From Nitrosopumilus sp. (GTDB taxonomy: Archaea > Thermoproteota > Nitrososphaeria > Nitrososphaerales > Nitrosopumilaceae): a DNA stretch of 64,000 nucleotides. The stretch lies in assembly GCA_965207445.1 (NCBI GenBank), contig CBDBLX010000002.1:1024001-1088000 (forward strand), in the 5' to 3' direction. The notes under the pieces are model-generated. The model was not told where the DNA came from, did no database searches, and was given only the letters and a program-made list of their open reading frames with translations. Position numbers and translations under genes: made by a program. Below are positions 54,947 through 64,000 of the stretch, piece after piece; position 1 is the first letter of the stretch; the number at the start of each line of letters is the position of its first letter.

Positions 54947-55497
54947 GAAAGACATACCTTGACTCGAGCATACTGCTCCCTGATGGTCGGTCCAGAAAAG
55001 GAATCAGACCAATTCCGAATGGCCACGGGAATCCTAGGCGAGATCAAAAGCGGCAAGATCGTGGGGGGTTGTGTCTCCACTGGCACTGATGGAGGTGGTG
55101 ACTGTTTTGCGCGTGAAAAAAGGCCGGGAAAAACGCATTCTGGACGAACTACCATTCGATGAACGGCTCGAGTACATATTGCGCGAAAGCAAGTAGATGC
55201 ATGATGATTTAAGCGGAGTTGGTGCGGATGCCACACCTGAAATTCGAGCAGGGTGGAAGACGCATGGATGCGGGCGCCATCATGAGGAATGCCCTGGATA
55301 TCCTGCGTGGCACCACAGGAAAGTTACAGTGTGGAGGGAATTCCATGTTCCGGGGGGTGGGGCCTGCAGACGTGATTCATGCCATGCTGGCAAAAAGAGC
55401 AGGTTGTGACGAGCTGGTGACTTTTGATACGGGCTTTGAAGAACTGCACACGTTTGACGAGTTTGAGGACTTGAAATTTCGAGTCATGAAATGGTAA
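54940..55497 (+). pseudogene. PIN/VapC toxin, multiply frameshifted
   Basis: YLDSSIL, STLALMEV and ADVIHAMLA...LVTFD..F pieces in different frames. Confidence 0.78.
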
Positions 55498-55541
55498 ATC
55501 TCATTTTGCTTGCGACAAACGGATTCACTGCGTTTATGCGC

Positions 55542-55617
55542 TAAACCAAAATTATCATATACATATATACATAATCATAAAAATTTAAGTGTCCACTTCA
55601 AAAAGCAAAATAGTTAC
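55542..55617 (+). repeat. Repeat family F (copy 3)
   Basis: Near-identical to 48853-48921. Confidence 0.85.
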
Positions 55618-55663
55618 GGGGAAAGGAAGAAACATACACACATAACATACACAGGTCACTTAT

Positions 55664-56755
55664 ATGCCAGTTTTAATATGGCAGAGTAAAATGACAAATA
55701 AGCGCATGAGAATAACATTCATCCATCACATCAACGATAAATTTTATGGTGGGCGACACTTTGATAATACAAGTTACGAATTTTTGGTGCGGGCGCTATC
55801 GGAGCATCCGGATGTAGAATATACAAAACTTCCGATATCCGCTGAGTTTGATGCCACCTGCCTAAAGGATAAGACAGATGCAGTGATTCTGTCTGCTATA
55901 CGTGACTACAACATACCAAAAATTACCGGTCTAAAATCATTGGATGTGCCAGTACTCGTAAAGATCGGAGACTTTCATGACTCAAAGAGATATGGTACGG
56001 GCGCAAAAAACTATGACGATTGGGGTGTTGATTGTCTGTTTAATTTTATGTCTTCTCGATATTTTTATGACTGGTATCCAGATCACATGAATTACAAGAC
56101 AATATTTTTTGGAGTTGAGCCGTCCTTGTACAAAGCACCAAAGTCATATGATCAACGCATCAAAGATCAGATACTGGTTAGCGGCGCTGCGGATCATGTG
56201 GATCCACTTGCATACAGAATGCCATACCTAAAGTGGCTTCCACGTCACATGCGTTATTCTATAAAAGATAAACTAATGTGGTTATTACGACTGAGAGAAC
56301 CTAATGTTTCCATGTATCAAAAGATCATGTACCCGATACACACAGCGTACCATTTTTACAAATTAAGGACGGACTGTAAGTTGTTGCCATATGTTACTGA
56401 TCAAACAAACCTTGCCAGTGACATGACGTACCAACAGTTGTTGTACACCTATTGTGGAGCAATTGCGGCCACTACATTCTACCCTACTATAAAATACTGG
56501 GAGATTGCAGCTGCCGGCTGTCTTACGTTTATGGAGATTACTAAACGTAATTATGGCAACTATCTAGGATTTCGTGATGGTGTCAACTGTATAGTAATAA
56601 ATGAACACAACTACCGCGAAAAGTTTGAAAAATTCCTTGATAATCCTGATTCATATGTTGGTATTGCTGATATGGGCCGTAAATATGCCCTAGAGAACTT
56701 TAGTAATGACGTGGCAGCGGACTCTCTTGTTTCATTAATTAGTGAGTTTGCATAA
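55664..56755 (+). CDS. GT-B glycosyltransferase (CgeB-like)
   Basis: KYWEIAAAG.L...GF.DG.N...IA..GR...L.N C-terminal domain. Confidence 0.75.
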   Translation: MPVLIWQSKMTNKRMRITFIHHINDKFYGGRHFDNTSYEFLVRALSEHPDVEYTKLPISAEFDATCLKDKTDAVILSAIRDYNIPKITGLKSLDVPVLVKIGDFHDSKRYGTGAKNYDDWGVDCLFNFMSSRYFYDWYPDHMNYKTIFFGVEPSLYKAPKSYDQRIKDQILVSGAADHVDPLAYRMPYLKWLPRHMRYSIKDKLMWLLRLREPNVSMYQKIMYPIHTAYHFYKLRTDCKLLPYVTDQTNLASDMTYQQLLYTYCGAIAATTFYPTIKYWEIAAAGCLTFMEITKRNYGNYLGFRDGVNCIVINEHNYREKFEKFLDNPDSYVGIADMGRKYALENFSNDVAADSLVSLISEFA

Positions 56756-56892
56756 CTTGTTCAACTATGTGACTATATTATATGTTGGCGTTTAGACAAA
56801 AATTATTTGAGCGTACACCTGCCGCTACTATTAAAGCGATGTTACAAATATTGATAAACCTTTTTAAGCAAAGTATATTGAAAGTTGACATA

Positions 56893-59151
56893 ATGAACCG
56901 TTTAGCAATTATTGTTATATTTATGATGGCTCCGATTCTCATCTCCGGCACGCACTTTAATTCAACTATGGATGCATTTGGTGCAAGTAAAGATGTTTGT
57001 GGATTGCAACTCTGCTCTGAGCTTGAGGATGAACAAAGCACACCTGATATTTCATCCCACGACAATGACTCTGTACAAAAAGACAACATTGTAGACATTG
57101 CAACAATTAGTGCATCACTTTACAAAGGGTATTATGATGATCGTTCTGTATATTATGTCATAACTGATAGTAGTGATCTTACACACGCACAGATAATTAG
57201 TGAGTCTCAAAAAACCCAAGTGAGTTTTACGCCCTCATTGAGCATGATATCTGATGAATCTACTCCTGCAGCATACATGTTTACAAATGGTGTACGTGGT
57301 GATGGCATACATGGATTCCAAAATGAGGTGTTTACAGTCACGCCGACTATATCTCGTACTTTTTCTTCTCTAGTTGATGCTTTTCACGTAACGTGGAATA
57401 ATGATGTATTACCAAAGATACTAACTTCTGAAAATGACATAATGATTGCAAAAGATAATGGCGATGTAACTATAACAAATATTGATGTTGTATTGAATGT
57501 ACCTCAGTTTAAGATTACTCCTGTTCAATCTACAATGTTAGATAGAATGACTGAACGCCTATTGACACTTCCTCTCCACTATGGGTATCATGACGGAAAA
57601 AAGGTATATGGTCTGGTGTTGGATTCTAGTGATGAGCAGCTTGCAAATATGATAACAGTTTTACAAAATTTTGAATCCAATCGTGCACCGCTACTTGCAA
57701 GTAGCATTGATTCATCCTCAAAGGTATTTGTATTTACAAATGGAATTAAAGGACCTGGACTAGAGGGATTCCAAAGACAAGTCTTTACTGCTGCTGTATC
57801 TGATGAGGGATATTTGCCACTTTTGTCACCTGTATATGTGACGTGGAATGATGGTTCTACTCCTGAACTTTTTACTTCTGAGGATGAAATTATGATGGCC
57901 GCTGAATCCGGTGATGTTATGCTAACTGATTCAAATATTGTAATTAACATGCCTTTACTTGTTATTACTGATGAGCAGTCTGCCTTACTACCGGCAAATT
58001 TTGTATCGTCTGATGATGCTGTTTCACCATTTGTGATAACTGATGACACAGAGATGATGACGGACAAACCCGGTACCTCTGATGACACAGAGATGATGAC
58101 GGACAAACCCAGTACCTCTGATGACACAGAGATGATGGACACCCCCAGTACATCTGAGGACTCAGCGACACATGGTAATGATGTGCCCCCTACCCTAAAA
58201 CTTGCCCGAGCAAGTGTTTCTGTGGATATTCCATTGCACAAGGGATATTACAATGGTGGTGATGTTTATTACATCATTACGGATTCTAGTGATAAAACAC
58301 ATGCTGATGTAATTACTAAAAGTCAGGGTTGGCAGGTTGAGTTAGCACCTTTCCTTAAAAATGCACCTGATAAAGCACTATCTCCAACATACATGTTTAC
58401 AAATGGAATTCAAGGTGATGGTGTTCATGGATTCCAAAGCGAAGTTTTCACAAGTACTCCTGAACAATCCGATGTGTATAGCGCCCTTACTTCTCATGTC
58501 CATGTCACGTGGCACAACGATGTGACCCCTCGCATACTCGATTCACAAGATGCAATATTAGCTGCTGCAGATGCAGGCGATGTGTTACTAACTGACATTG
58601 ATGTGGTGATAAATATGCCTCATATTATGTGGCCTGGTGGTCAAATGATGATCAAAGATGACAAGAATGTACATGATGAGACGCCATATGGTGGAGGACA
58701 GATACTTGATATTGATACTGAGAAAATGACAGTAACATTTGTAGCTCATAGAGGATGGGGACCACATGGGCAAACTGCGTACTATATAGTAACTGATGCA
58801 ACTCCGAGTGGACCTGCTAATGCAATGGGTGTTGTAGCGGCCGATACTGCGGCTAGCTTGATTGTTAATTCTGCTGCTGTTGATCTGTATCAATTTACAA
58901 ATGGTATTTCTGGTCCAGGACCGTTGGGATTCCAACCAGGTATTGCAAGTTCAACTTTGGGTGACGCTGGATATTCTCCAATGTGGCGTATATACTTGAT
59001 CACGTGGAACAATCCTGATGATGCACGACTGTTGCAAACTGTATCTGATATTAACTATTATATGGATCAAGATATGATAACTGTGAATCTTGCACGTCCT
59101 ATGAATAGCGATCATATTGTAAATTGCCCATTTATTGATCCGTTCCAATAG
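56893..59151 (+). CDS. Large exported repeat protein with four related domains
   Basis: Signal peptide; repeated GYY.G..VYY.ITDSSD...FTNGI.G.G..GFQ...V.W...N.P modules. Confidence 0.8.
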   Translation: MNRLAIIVIFMMAPILISGTHFNSTMDAFGASKDVCGLQLCSELEDEQSTPDISSHDNDSVQKDNIVDIATISASLYKGYYDDRSVYYVITDSSDLTHAQIISESQKTQVSFTPSLSMISDESTPAAYMFTNGVRGDGIHGFQNEVFTVTPTISRTFSSLVDAFHVTWNNDVLPKILTSENDIMIAKDNGDVTITNIDVVLNVPQFKITPVQSTMLDRMTERLLTLPLHYGYHDGKKVYGLVLDSSDEQLANMITVLQNFESNRAPLLASSIDSSSKVFVFTNGIKGPGLEGFQRQVFTAAVSDEGYLPLLSPVYVTWNDGSTPELFTSEDEIMMAAESGDVMLTDSNIVINMPLLVITDEQSALLPANFVSSDDAVSPFVITDDTEMMTDKPGTSDDTEMMTDKPSTSDDTEMMDTPSTSEDSATHGNDVPPTLKLARASVSVDIPLHKGYYNGGDVYYIITDSSDKTHADVITKSQGWQVELAPFLKNAPDKALSPTYMFTNGIQGDGVHGFQSEVFTSTPEQSDVYSALTSHVHVTWHNDVTPRILDSQDAILAAADAGDVLLTDIDVVINMPHIMWPGGQMMIKDDKNVHDETPYGGGQILDIDTEKMTVTFVAHRGWGPHGQTAYYIVTDATPSGPANAMGVVAADTAASLIVNSAAVDLYQFTNGISGPGPLGFQPGIASSTLGDAGYSPMWRIYLITWNNPDDARLLQTVSDINYYMDQDMITVNLARPMNSDHIVNCPFIDPFQ
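58040..58160. repeat. 39-bp in-frame tandem repeat (SDDTEMMTDKP.T, about 3 copies)
   Basis: Directly visible. Confidence 0.9.
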
Positions 59152-59366
59152 TGAATTAACCAATATTTGAATATTGTATATTTTTTAAATAACTTTAAAT
59201 TTTTTGATCTAATTATTTATTTATTTAGTGTATGTTATATGATATATGTACGTGCAGTTGGAATGTACATACTCAACACGAGTTCATATGATGACGAAAA
59301 AAGCAACGCAGGCTCTTGGCCATGTTATACATTGACCAAAGACATGAGTTTAGAGCACTTGCTGTA

Positions 59367-59410
59367 GTGTCGGGAAATAATGTCACCTCAGAGTTGTGAC
59401 ATGTATTTCC
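59367..59410 (-). repeat. Palindromic repeat family E (copy 2)
   Basis: GGAAATAATGTCAC-N9-GTGACATGTATTTCC hairpin; matches 34970-35014. Confidence 0.7.
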
Positions 59411-59412
59411 TA

Positions 59413-59554
59413 GTGTGAACCAAACTCTTTGGATACAATAATGAAATTACATGTATTTTGTCACATCCCTGTCTGCATGTCAAGTATTGTACATGCGATG
59501 AATTTGGTTAGGAGTTATTTTGAATGATTATATCAGTCATGGATTGACTCACAC
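59413..59554 (+). mobile_element. MITE family B (copy 5)
   Basis: GTGTGAACCAAACTCT...GATTGACTCACAC. Confidence 0.8.
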
Positions 59555-59589
59555 CTTTTTACTATACTTTTGATTAATGAGTGCAATGT

Positions 59590-61182
59590 TTAGAGTATGC
59601 CTGTCTTGTCTGTAATTATTTTACCTGGATTCATTATCTTTGTTGGATCAAAGAGCTCTTTGAGCAAGATAAATTGCTTTAGATTTTTTTGACCATATTG
59701 TGCAGCAACGAATCCTGAGCGAGCCAATCCATCTCCGTGCTCACCGGTCATACTTCCGTTTAATGCAAATACGCGCTCAAAATATTCTGCTGTAATTTTT
59801 TGAAGTATTTTGTTTGTACTGTTTTTTTGACACACTAGTCTGACATGTATGTTACCATTTCCTACATGTCCATATGTGATGGTTCGTGTACCATACTTTT
59901 GATTAATTGTCTGTAATGATGCAAATAACGCTGGCAATGACTGAGTTGGAACCGTTGCATCCTCTATTACATGCGGTACATGTTTTTCATCTGTATTATT
60001 CTTTATTGATACAAGGCTATAATGTAGTGCAGAGTCTCTGTATCTCCACCATCTTGTTATCTCTTCATTGTCAGTTGTAGATATTAGATCTATTGCATTA
60101 ATTGCTACTGATGATGCAAAATATTTTGAATCTGCTGCTGCATTGTTGGTGTTTGTGGTATGTTTGGTTGTATTATTGTTTGCATAATTTTGTGTGTTAT
60201 TATCATCATCATTATCCTCGTTGTAATCGTCGAGTTTTTCATACTCTACAAACAACAAACATACTGTCTGTTTTTTAAATTCATATTCTATATTGTCTAG
60301 TATAACCTTGTCTACAAATTCTACTGCTGTTGGTCTCACATGATCTGCTGTAATTTGTATACAATCTGAGATTGCATCTGCTATTGATGTGTATTGTAAT
60401 ATGTACAATTGACGTGATGTTGATCTTTTGATTGTCTTTAATTCTGCTGATGTAATGATGCCAAGCGTACCTTCTGATCCTACAAGCACCTTGTGTGTAT
60501 CTTGTATGGTATTGACTGCATCTAGTCTATATCCTGATGCGTTTTTTGAAACTCTGGGAAACTTTTCAATCTCTATATGTTTTGCAATATCTAATATTTT
60601 ATAGCCTGTTGTGGTATCCTCTGGTAATTTTACAATATTGCCTGTACCGTCTATCATAGTTATACTATTTACGTTGTCTATGGTGCATCCGTACTTTAAG
60701 CTCTGACTACCTGCTGCATTGTTTGCAATCATTCCCCCAATGGTGCAAAACGGACCCACTGATGGATTTGGTGCAAATATTGTGGTTGTATGTGACGACT
60801 TGTAGTGATTTTCATTGGAGTTTAATGTGTCATCTAATCTGCCTTTTGTTATACCTGCACCTACTGTGACATTATTACTGCTGATTTTAACATCACTGAG
60901 GTTTTGCATATCTAGTATGATTCCACAATTCAGAGCACCTCCGACTAGTCCGGTTCCACCGCCTCTTGGTGTAATTGGTATCTTTGTCTCTTTTGCAACC
61001 ATAACTGCACTTGAGATGTCGTCTTGATCTTTTGGTATGACTATTATATCTGGTAGTATTGTGTATGAGCTTGCATCTACTGAATAATATCTTGTATAAT
61101 GCACTGCGGACTCTACAACTCCAGATATGACTGATTCCAATCTTGATCGTATGTGTGGTATGTCGTACATGTTGGACATCAT
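59590..61182 (-). CDS. FAD-linked oxidase (GlcD/Dld-like)
   Basis: PRGGGTGL.GG, TIGGMIANNAAG, GSEGTLG, GH.GNGNIH, GEHGDG, FDP..IMNPGK. Confidence 0.93.
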   Translation of the reverse strand: MMSNMYDIPHIRSRLESVISGVVESAVHYTRYYSVDASSYTILPDIIVIPKDQDDISSAVMVAKETKIPITPRGGGTGLVGGALNCGIILDMQNLSDVKISSNNVTVGAGITKGRLDDTLNSNENHYKSSHTTTIFAPNPSVGPFCTIGGMIANNAAGSQSLKYGCTIDNVNSITMIDGTGNIVKLPEDTTTGYKILDIAKHIEIEKFPRVSKNASGYRLDAVNTIQDTHKVLVGSEGTLGIITSAELKTIKRSTSRQLYILQYTSIADAISDCIQITADHVRPTAVEFVDKVILDNIEYEFKKQTVCLLFVEYEKLDDYNEDNDDDNNTQNYANNNTTKHTTNTNNAAADSKYFASSVAINAIDLISTTDNEEITRWWRYRDSALHYSLVSIKNNTDEKHVPHVIEDATVPTQSLPALFASLQTINQKYGTRTITYGHVGNGNIHVRLVCQKNSTNKILQKITAEYFERVFALNGSMTGEHGDGLARSGFVAAQYGQKNLKQFILLKELFDPTKIMNPGKIITDKTGIL

Positions 61183-61214
61183 AATTACTATTACTATTAT
61201 TATTACTACTACTA

Positions 61215-62534
61215 TTATATAATCATTCTATAATAGTCCCATCTTTCTGGATCAAACTGTGCGACAAATTCTAGCCCTTTTTCTTTAGCAGTTCTCTTCT
61301 CTACAACTTCACGAAGCGCAAAACTTGTAAGATACTTGTACTTTTTTGCAGTCGCTTGCATGATGAACATGTTGCGCATACTGTTTCCACCCTTTAGACC
61401 CCAGTACCCTCTCTTTAGTCCCATCGGTTCCAGAAATACCGTATTTGATTTACCGTGATTCTTATCTTGTATTTCTTCTCGTAACTTGTAGTGCTCCAAA
61501 GGTCCACCTTTGGCATATCCAACTATCTTTCCATTTGGGCCATTGATTCGCAGTGTGGTGAGTATGGTATGTGGATCTTTTATCGATTCATTGAATGTCT
61601 CTTTTTTAAACTGAAGTGGGACTGGAAGTTCCATGAATATCTCTCGTATATCTTTGATAAACTCTGAATTCCATCGTGTACTTGTGGTCTCAATTATAGG
61701 TATTAATTTCAGATTCTCATATGCATGCTCTGCCTGTATGGTGATCTCTTCTTGCCTTGCTTGAAAGAATGATAACACAGTGTTGTAAAAATTTCTTCTC
61801 ATCTGCTTTGGTAAAATTGCTAGTATTGACATTAGAATATCTACCTCACCATTGAGCAACTCTTCAAAATACGCAACAGATTTTTGAATAATTATAGATG
61901 GATTCCATGCAAGCGCATGTGCATTCATCTTTGCCATCTCCATGGCCTTTGTAAAGTCACCTAATGCATACCCACTCATACGATCAACGACTGAGAGGTA
62001 TCTGCCAATTCTCATTATATGATGTTGAAATTCTTCATTATCTCTTGCTTTTTCTGAATTTGCAAAACATTTCTTGGCTCTCTCTTCTGCATCTTTCTTG
62101 ATCTTTCCACTCCATGGATATGTGGTACGCAATATGAGAACCTTTACAATCTCAAAGTCGATATTTGCAGTATTTATCAAATTTTGCAGCTTTTGGTCTT
62201 TTGATATGAACTCAAGTACATCTTTCTCATGAGGTTTGTCGACATTCTTGAGAGGGTCAAGGTCATGAAAGAGTGCTGCCACATATAGATACTTTGCATC
62301 TTCTTGGCTTATTGGCACCTGTTGTTGATGTAGTGCAAGTAGCGCTATATACGTGACTTCTAACTCGTGTCTTATGTTGTGATACCCATAGTATTTAGTA
62401 CCGAGTCCTCTGACCTCAAAGAGGTTGATTGTATACTCTAGCATATCGATATAGCACTTTTCACCAATACCTTTCTGTTTCATTACATCTATTATGGCCT
62501 CTTTTGTTGGATGCATATTTACTGTTGTTTGCAA
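61215..62534 (-). CDS. HD-domain protein with GNAT-like C-terminus
   Basis: YHN..H, AALFHD and D motifs; IVGY...Y.G..GG C-terminal region. Confidence 0.7.
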   Translation of the reverse strand: MQTTVNMHPTKEAIIDVMKQKGIGEKCYIDMLEYTINLFEVRGLGTKYYGYHNIRHELEVTYIALLALHQQQVPISQEDAKYLYVAALFHDLDPLKNVDKPHEKDVLEFISKDQKLQNLINTANIDFEIVKVLILRTTYPWSGKIKKDAEERAKKCFANSEKARDNEEFQHHIMRIGRYLSVVDRMSGYALGDFTKAMEMAKMNAHALAWNPSIIIQKSVAYFEELLNGEVDILMSILAILPKQMRRNFYNTVLSFFQARQEEITIQAEHAYENLKLIPIIETTSTRWNSEFIKDIREIFMELPVPLQFKKETFNESIKDPHTILTTLRINGPNGKIVGYAKGGPLEHYKLREEIQDKNHGKSNTVFLEPMGLKRGYWGLKGGNSMRNMFIMQATAKKYKYLTSFALREVVEKRTAKEKGLEFVAQFDPERWDYYRMII

Positions 62535-62698
62535 TTTATTTGTTAATGCACTAGAGTGTTTTTAAACATCACTTTTGTGGATTTGTAATCATTATGACCT
62601 GTATGTTATGAGTGCATTGTGGTGCACATTTTTATCATTTCTAGTCTAATTGACCGTATTACACAAGATTCAATAGCACATCTTATTGTCAACATATA

Positions 62699-63187
62699 GT
62701 GCAGAACAACCACGACATTATACAATTACTTGCAGATAATATCATACCCAATGCATCTAGGATCACCTTGAGCATGTATGATGACCATTTCTCTGATGAG
62801 TACTTGATATCAGATGTCTCTGTGTATGATCCACCGCCTCCAAGAGATACAGCTGCTAGAGGTTGTTCTAACCCTGCTGATAATAGTACATACTTTACAA
62901 AAAGTCCTATATGTCGTATGAAATGCAGTGTTGCTGATGCATCGATACTTGATGCTACAACATCAAAGATGCTTGGCCCTGAAACTGACTTTTCGGGAGT
63001 ATATGTCAACATTAAAACTGACACAGTTGCACTACGGTTACTGGCCAATATTATAAACAGTGCACATATCCAACCAGAATCTATTGCACATCTTGGACTT
63101 GTGATTGTAGATGTAATTGATGCTATCACTGGTAAAAACATATCATCTGATGATTTACTCAAACTTGTGAATTCTACTACATCTTGA
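62699..63187 (+). CDS. Hypothetical protein
   Basis: 162-aa ORF, host-like composition. Confidence 0.55.
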   Translation: MQNNHDIIQLLADNIIPNASRITLSMYDDHFSDEYLISDVSVYDPPPPRDTAARGCSNPADNSTYFTKSPICRMKCSVADASILDATTSKMLGPETDFSGVYVNIKTDTVALRLLANIINSAHIQPESIAHLGLVIVDVIDAITGKNISSDDLLKLVNSTTS

Positions 63188-63267
63188 GTTAAATGCTGTT
63201 GTTGTGCTGTGTATGTTAGTTTTAAATATATAATCATATTTTATAAATGGTATTGTTATTTTATCGT

Positions 63268-63342
63268 TGTGTGGCTGTGTGGCTGTATGGCTGTATGGTT
63301 GTGTGACTGTGTGACTGTGTGGCTGTGTGGCTGTGTGGCTGT
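63268..63342. repeat. 8-bp tandem repeat (TGTGTGGC, about 9 copies)
   Basis: Directly visible, immediately downstream of the J-domain gene stop. Confidence 0.9.
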
Positions 63343-63345
63343 TAA

Positions 63346-64000
63346 TTAGTTGTTCATATATGCGTCATATTTTTTTCTCAACATCTCGTCTGATAAGACT
63401 TCGTATGCTTTGTTGATTTCGACCATTGCATAATCAAAGTCGTCTGCTTTGTTGTCTGCATTCTTGTGCGCCATATCATTACTATGATTTTGTTTCACAC
63501 GGTCTGGATGAACTTCTTTTGCAAGACTCCTGTACGCATTTTTTATCTCTGTTTTTGTAGCATTGTGGTTGATTCCTAGCACTTTGTAATAGTTGGGTAA
63601 TTGGTCACCTGTATTGTGCATGTCACCGAATAACTCTTTTGGGGGCTTTGATCTCTTACGTGTTCCAATTTCCTCGTAATCATCTGACCATTCTGAGTGG
63701 TACTTTTCATACGTTCTATCTTTTTTTGATGCATACTCCTCAGAATCATAATCTGTCTTTTTTCGCAGTATTATGTCTCTTGCAAGAAATAAAAATATCC
63801 CAACTACTATTATTGCAAAACCTGCAAATATTGTAATCTTTTCATCATCAGAGACCTCGAGGTTCATATCTGTACTACTAGAATCCTGTGCAAATGCAGT
63901 CTGCGATATGTGGTGATGTTGTAAAGCCGCGCTGTTGTTTTGTTTATCGTCATGTGGTAAAATCTCTGTAATTGTAGTGTGCGATAGTCCAAATGTTGCA
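63346..64000 (-). CDS. Membrane-anchored DnaJ-domain protein, 5' end outside the window
   Basis: NYYKVLG...YRSLAKEVHPD...INKAYEVLSD; frame stays open to the window edge. Confidence 0.85.
   Translation of the reverse strand, partial: ATFGLSHTTITEILPHDDKQNNSAALQHHHISQTAFAQDSSSTDMNLEVSDDEKITIFAGFAIIVVGIFLFLARDIILRKKTDYDSEEYASKKDRTYEKYHSEWSDDYEEIGTRKRSKPPKELFGDMHNTGDQLPNYYKVLGINHNATKTEIKNAYRSLAKEVHPDRVKQNHSNDMAHKNADNKADDFDYAMVEINKAYEVLSDEMLRKKYDAYMNN

Noticed and set aside
46375..56755. Canonical integron
   Set aside because: No intI, cargo lies on both strands, and the perfect terminal repeats lack attC-type bulges; IS66-type ends fit better.

Overview
AT-rich archaeal chromosome segment with the gene content of a Nitrosopumilaceae (Nitrososphaerota) ammonia oxidiser. 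A host-associated lifestyle such as sponge symbiosis is inferred, not shown. The intact backbone carries a Hef-type helicase, dCMP deaminase, polB1, tpiA, ppdK, the 3-HP/4-HB genes mce, mcmA and meaB, trmI, nnrD, a proteasome beta subunit, hom, msrB, thyX, pduO, tRNA-Phe and peptide ABC permeases. It is interrupted by accessory patches at about 18.9-20.3, 23.3-27.3, 29.1-30.6, 33.2-34.2, 41.5-42.1 and 46.4-56.8 kb. These hold decayed IS1595-, ISH3-, IS66-, IS630- and IS5-like transposases and at least five families of short dispersed repeats or MITEs. Main observations: (1) a GC-rich secreted Calx-beta-like surface protein whose ATG is put out of frame by a C9 tract (C8 restores it), a candidate archaeal phase-variation locus inside a 4-kb segment bounded by inverted repeats; (2) a 10-kb island cut into cassette-like blocks by co-oriented IS66-type GTTAC ends; (3) three Panacea/YwgA-like plus PIN modules in which only the toxin is broken; (4) a 32-41-32 bp repeat-spacer-repeat upstream of ppdK; (5) widespread slippage-type expansions inside core proteins. 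All family assignments come from motifs read by eye; no searches were run.
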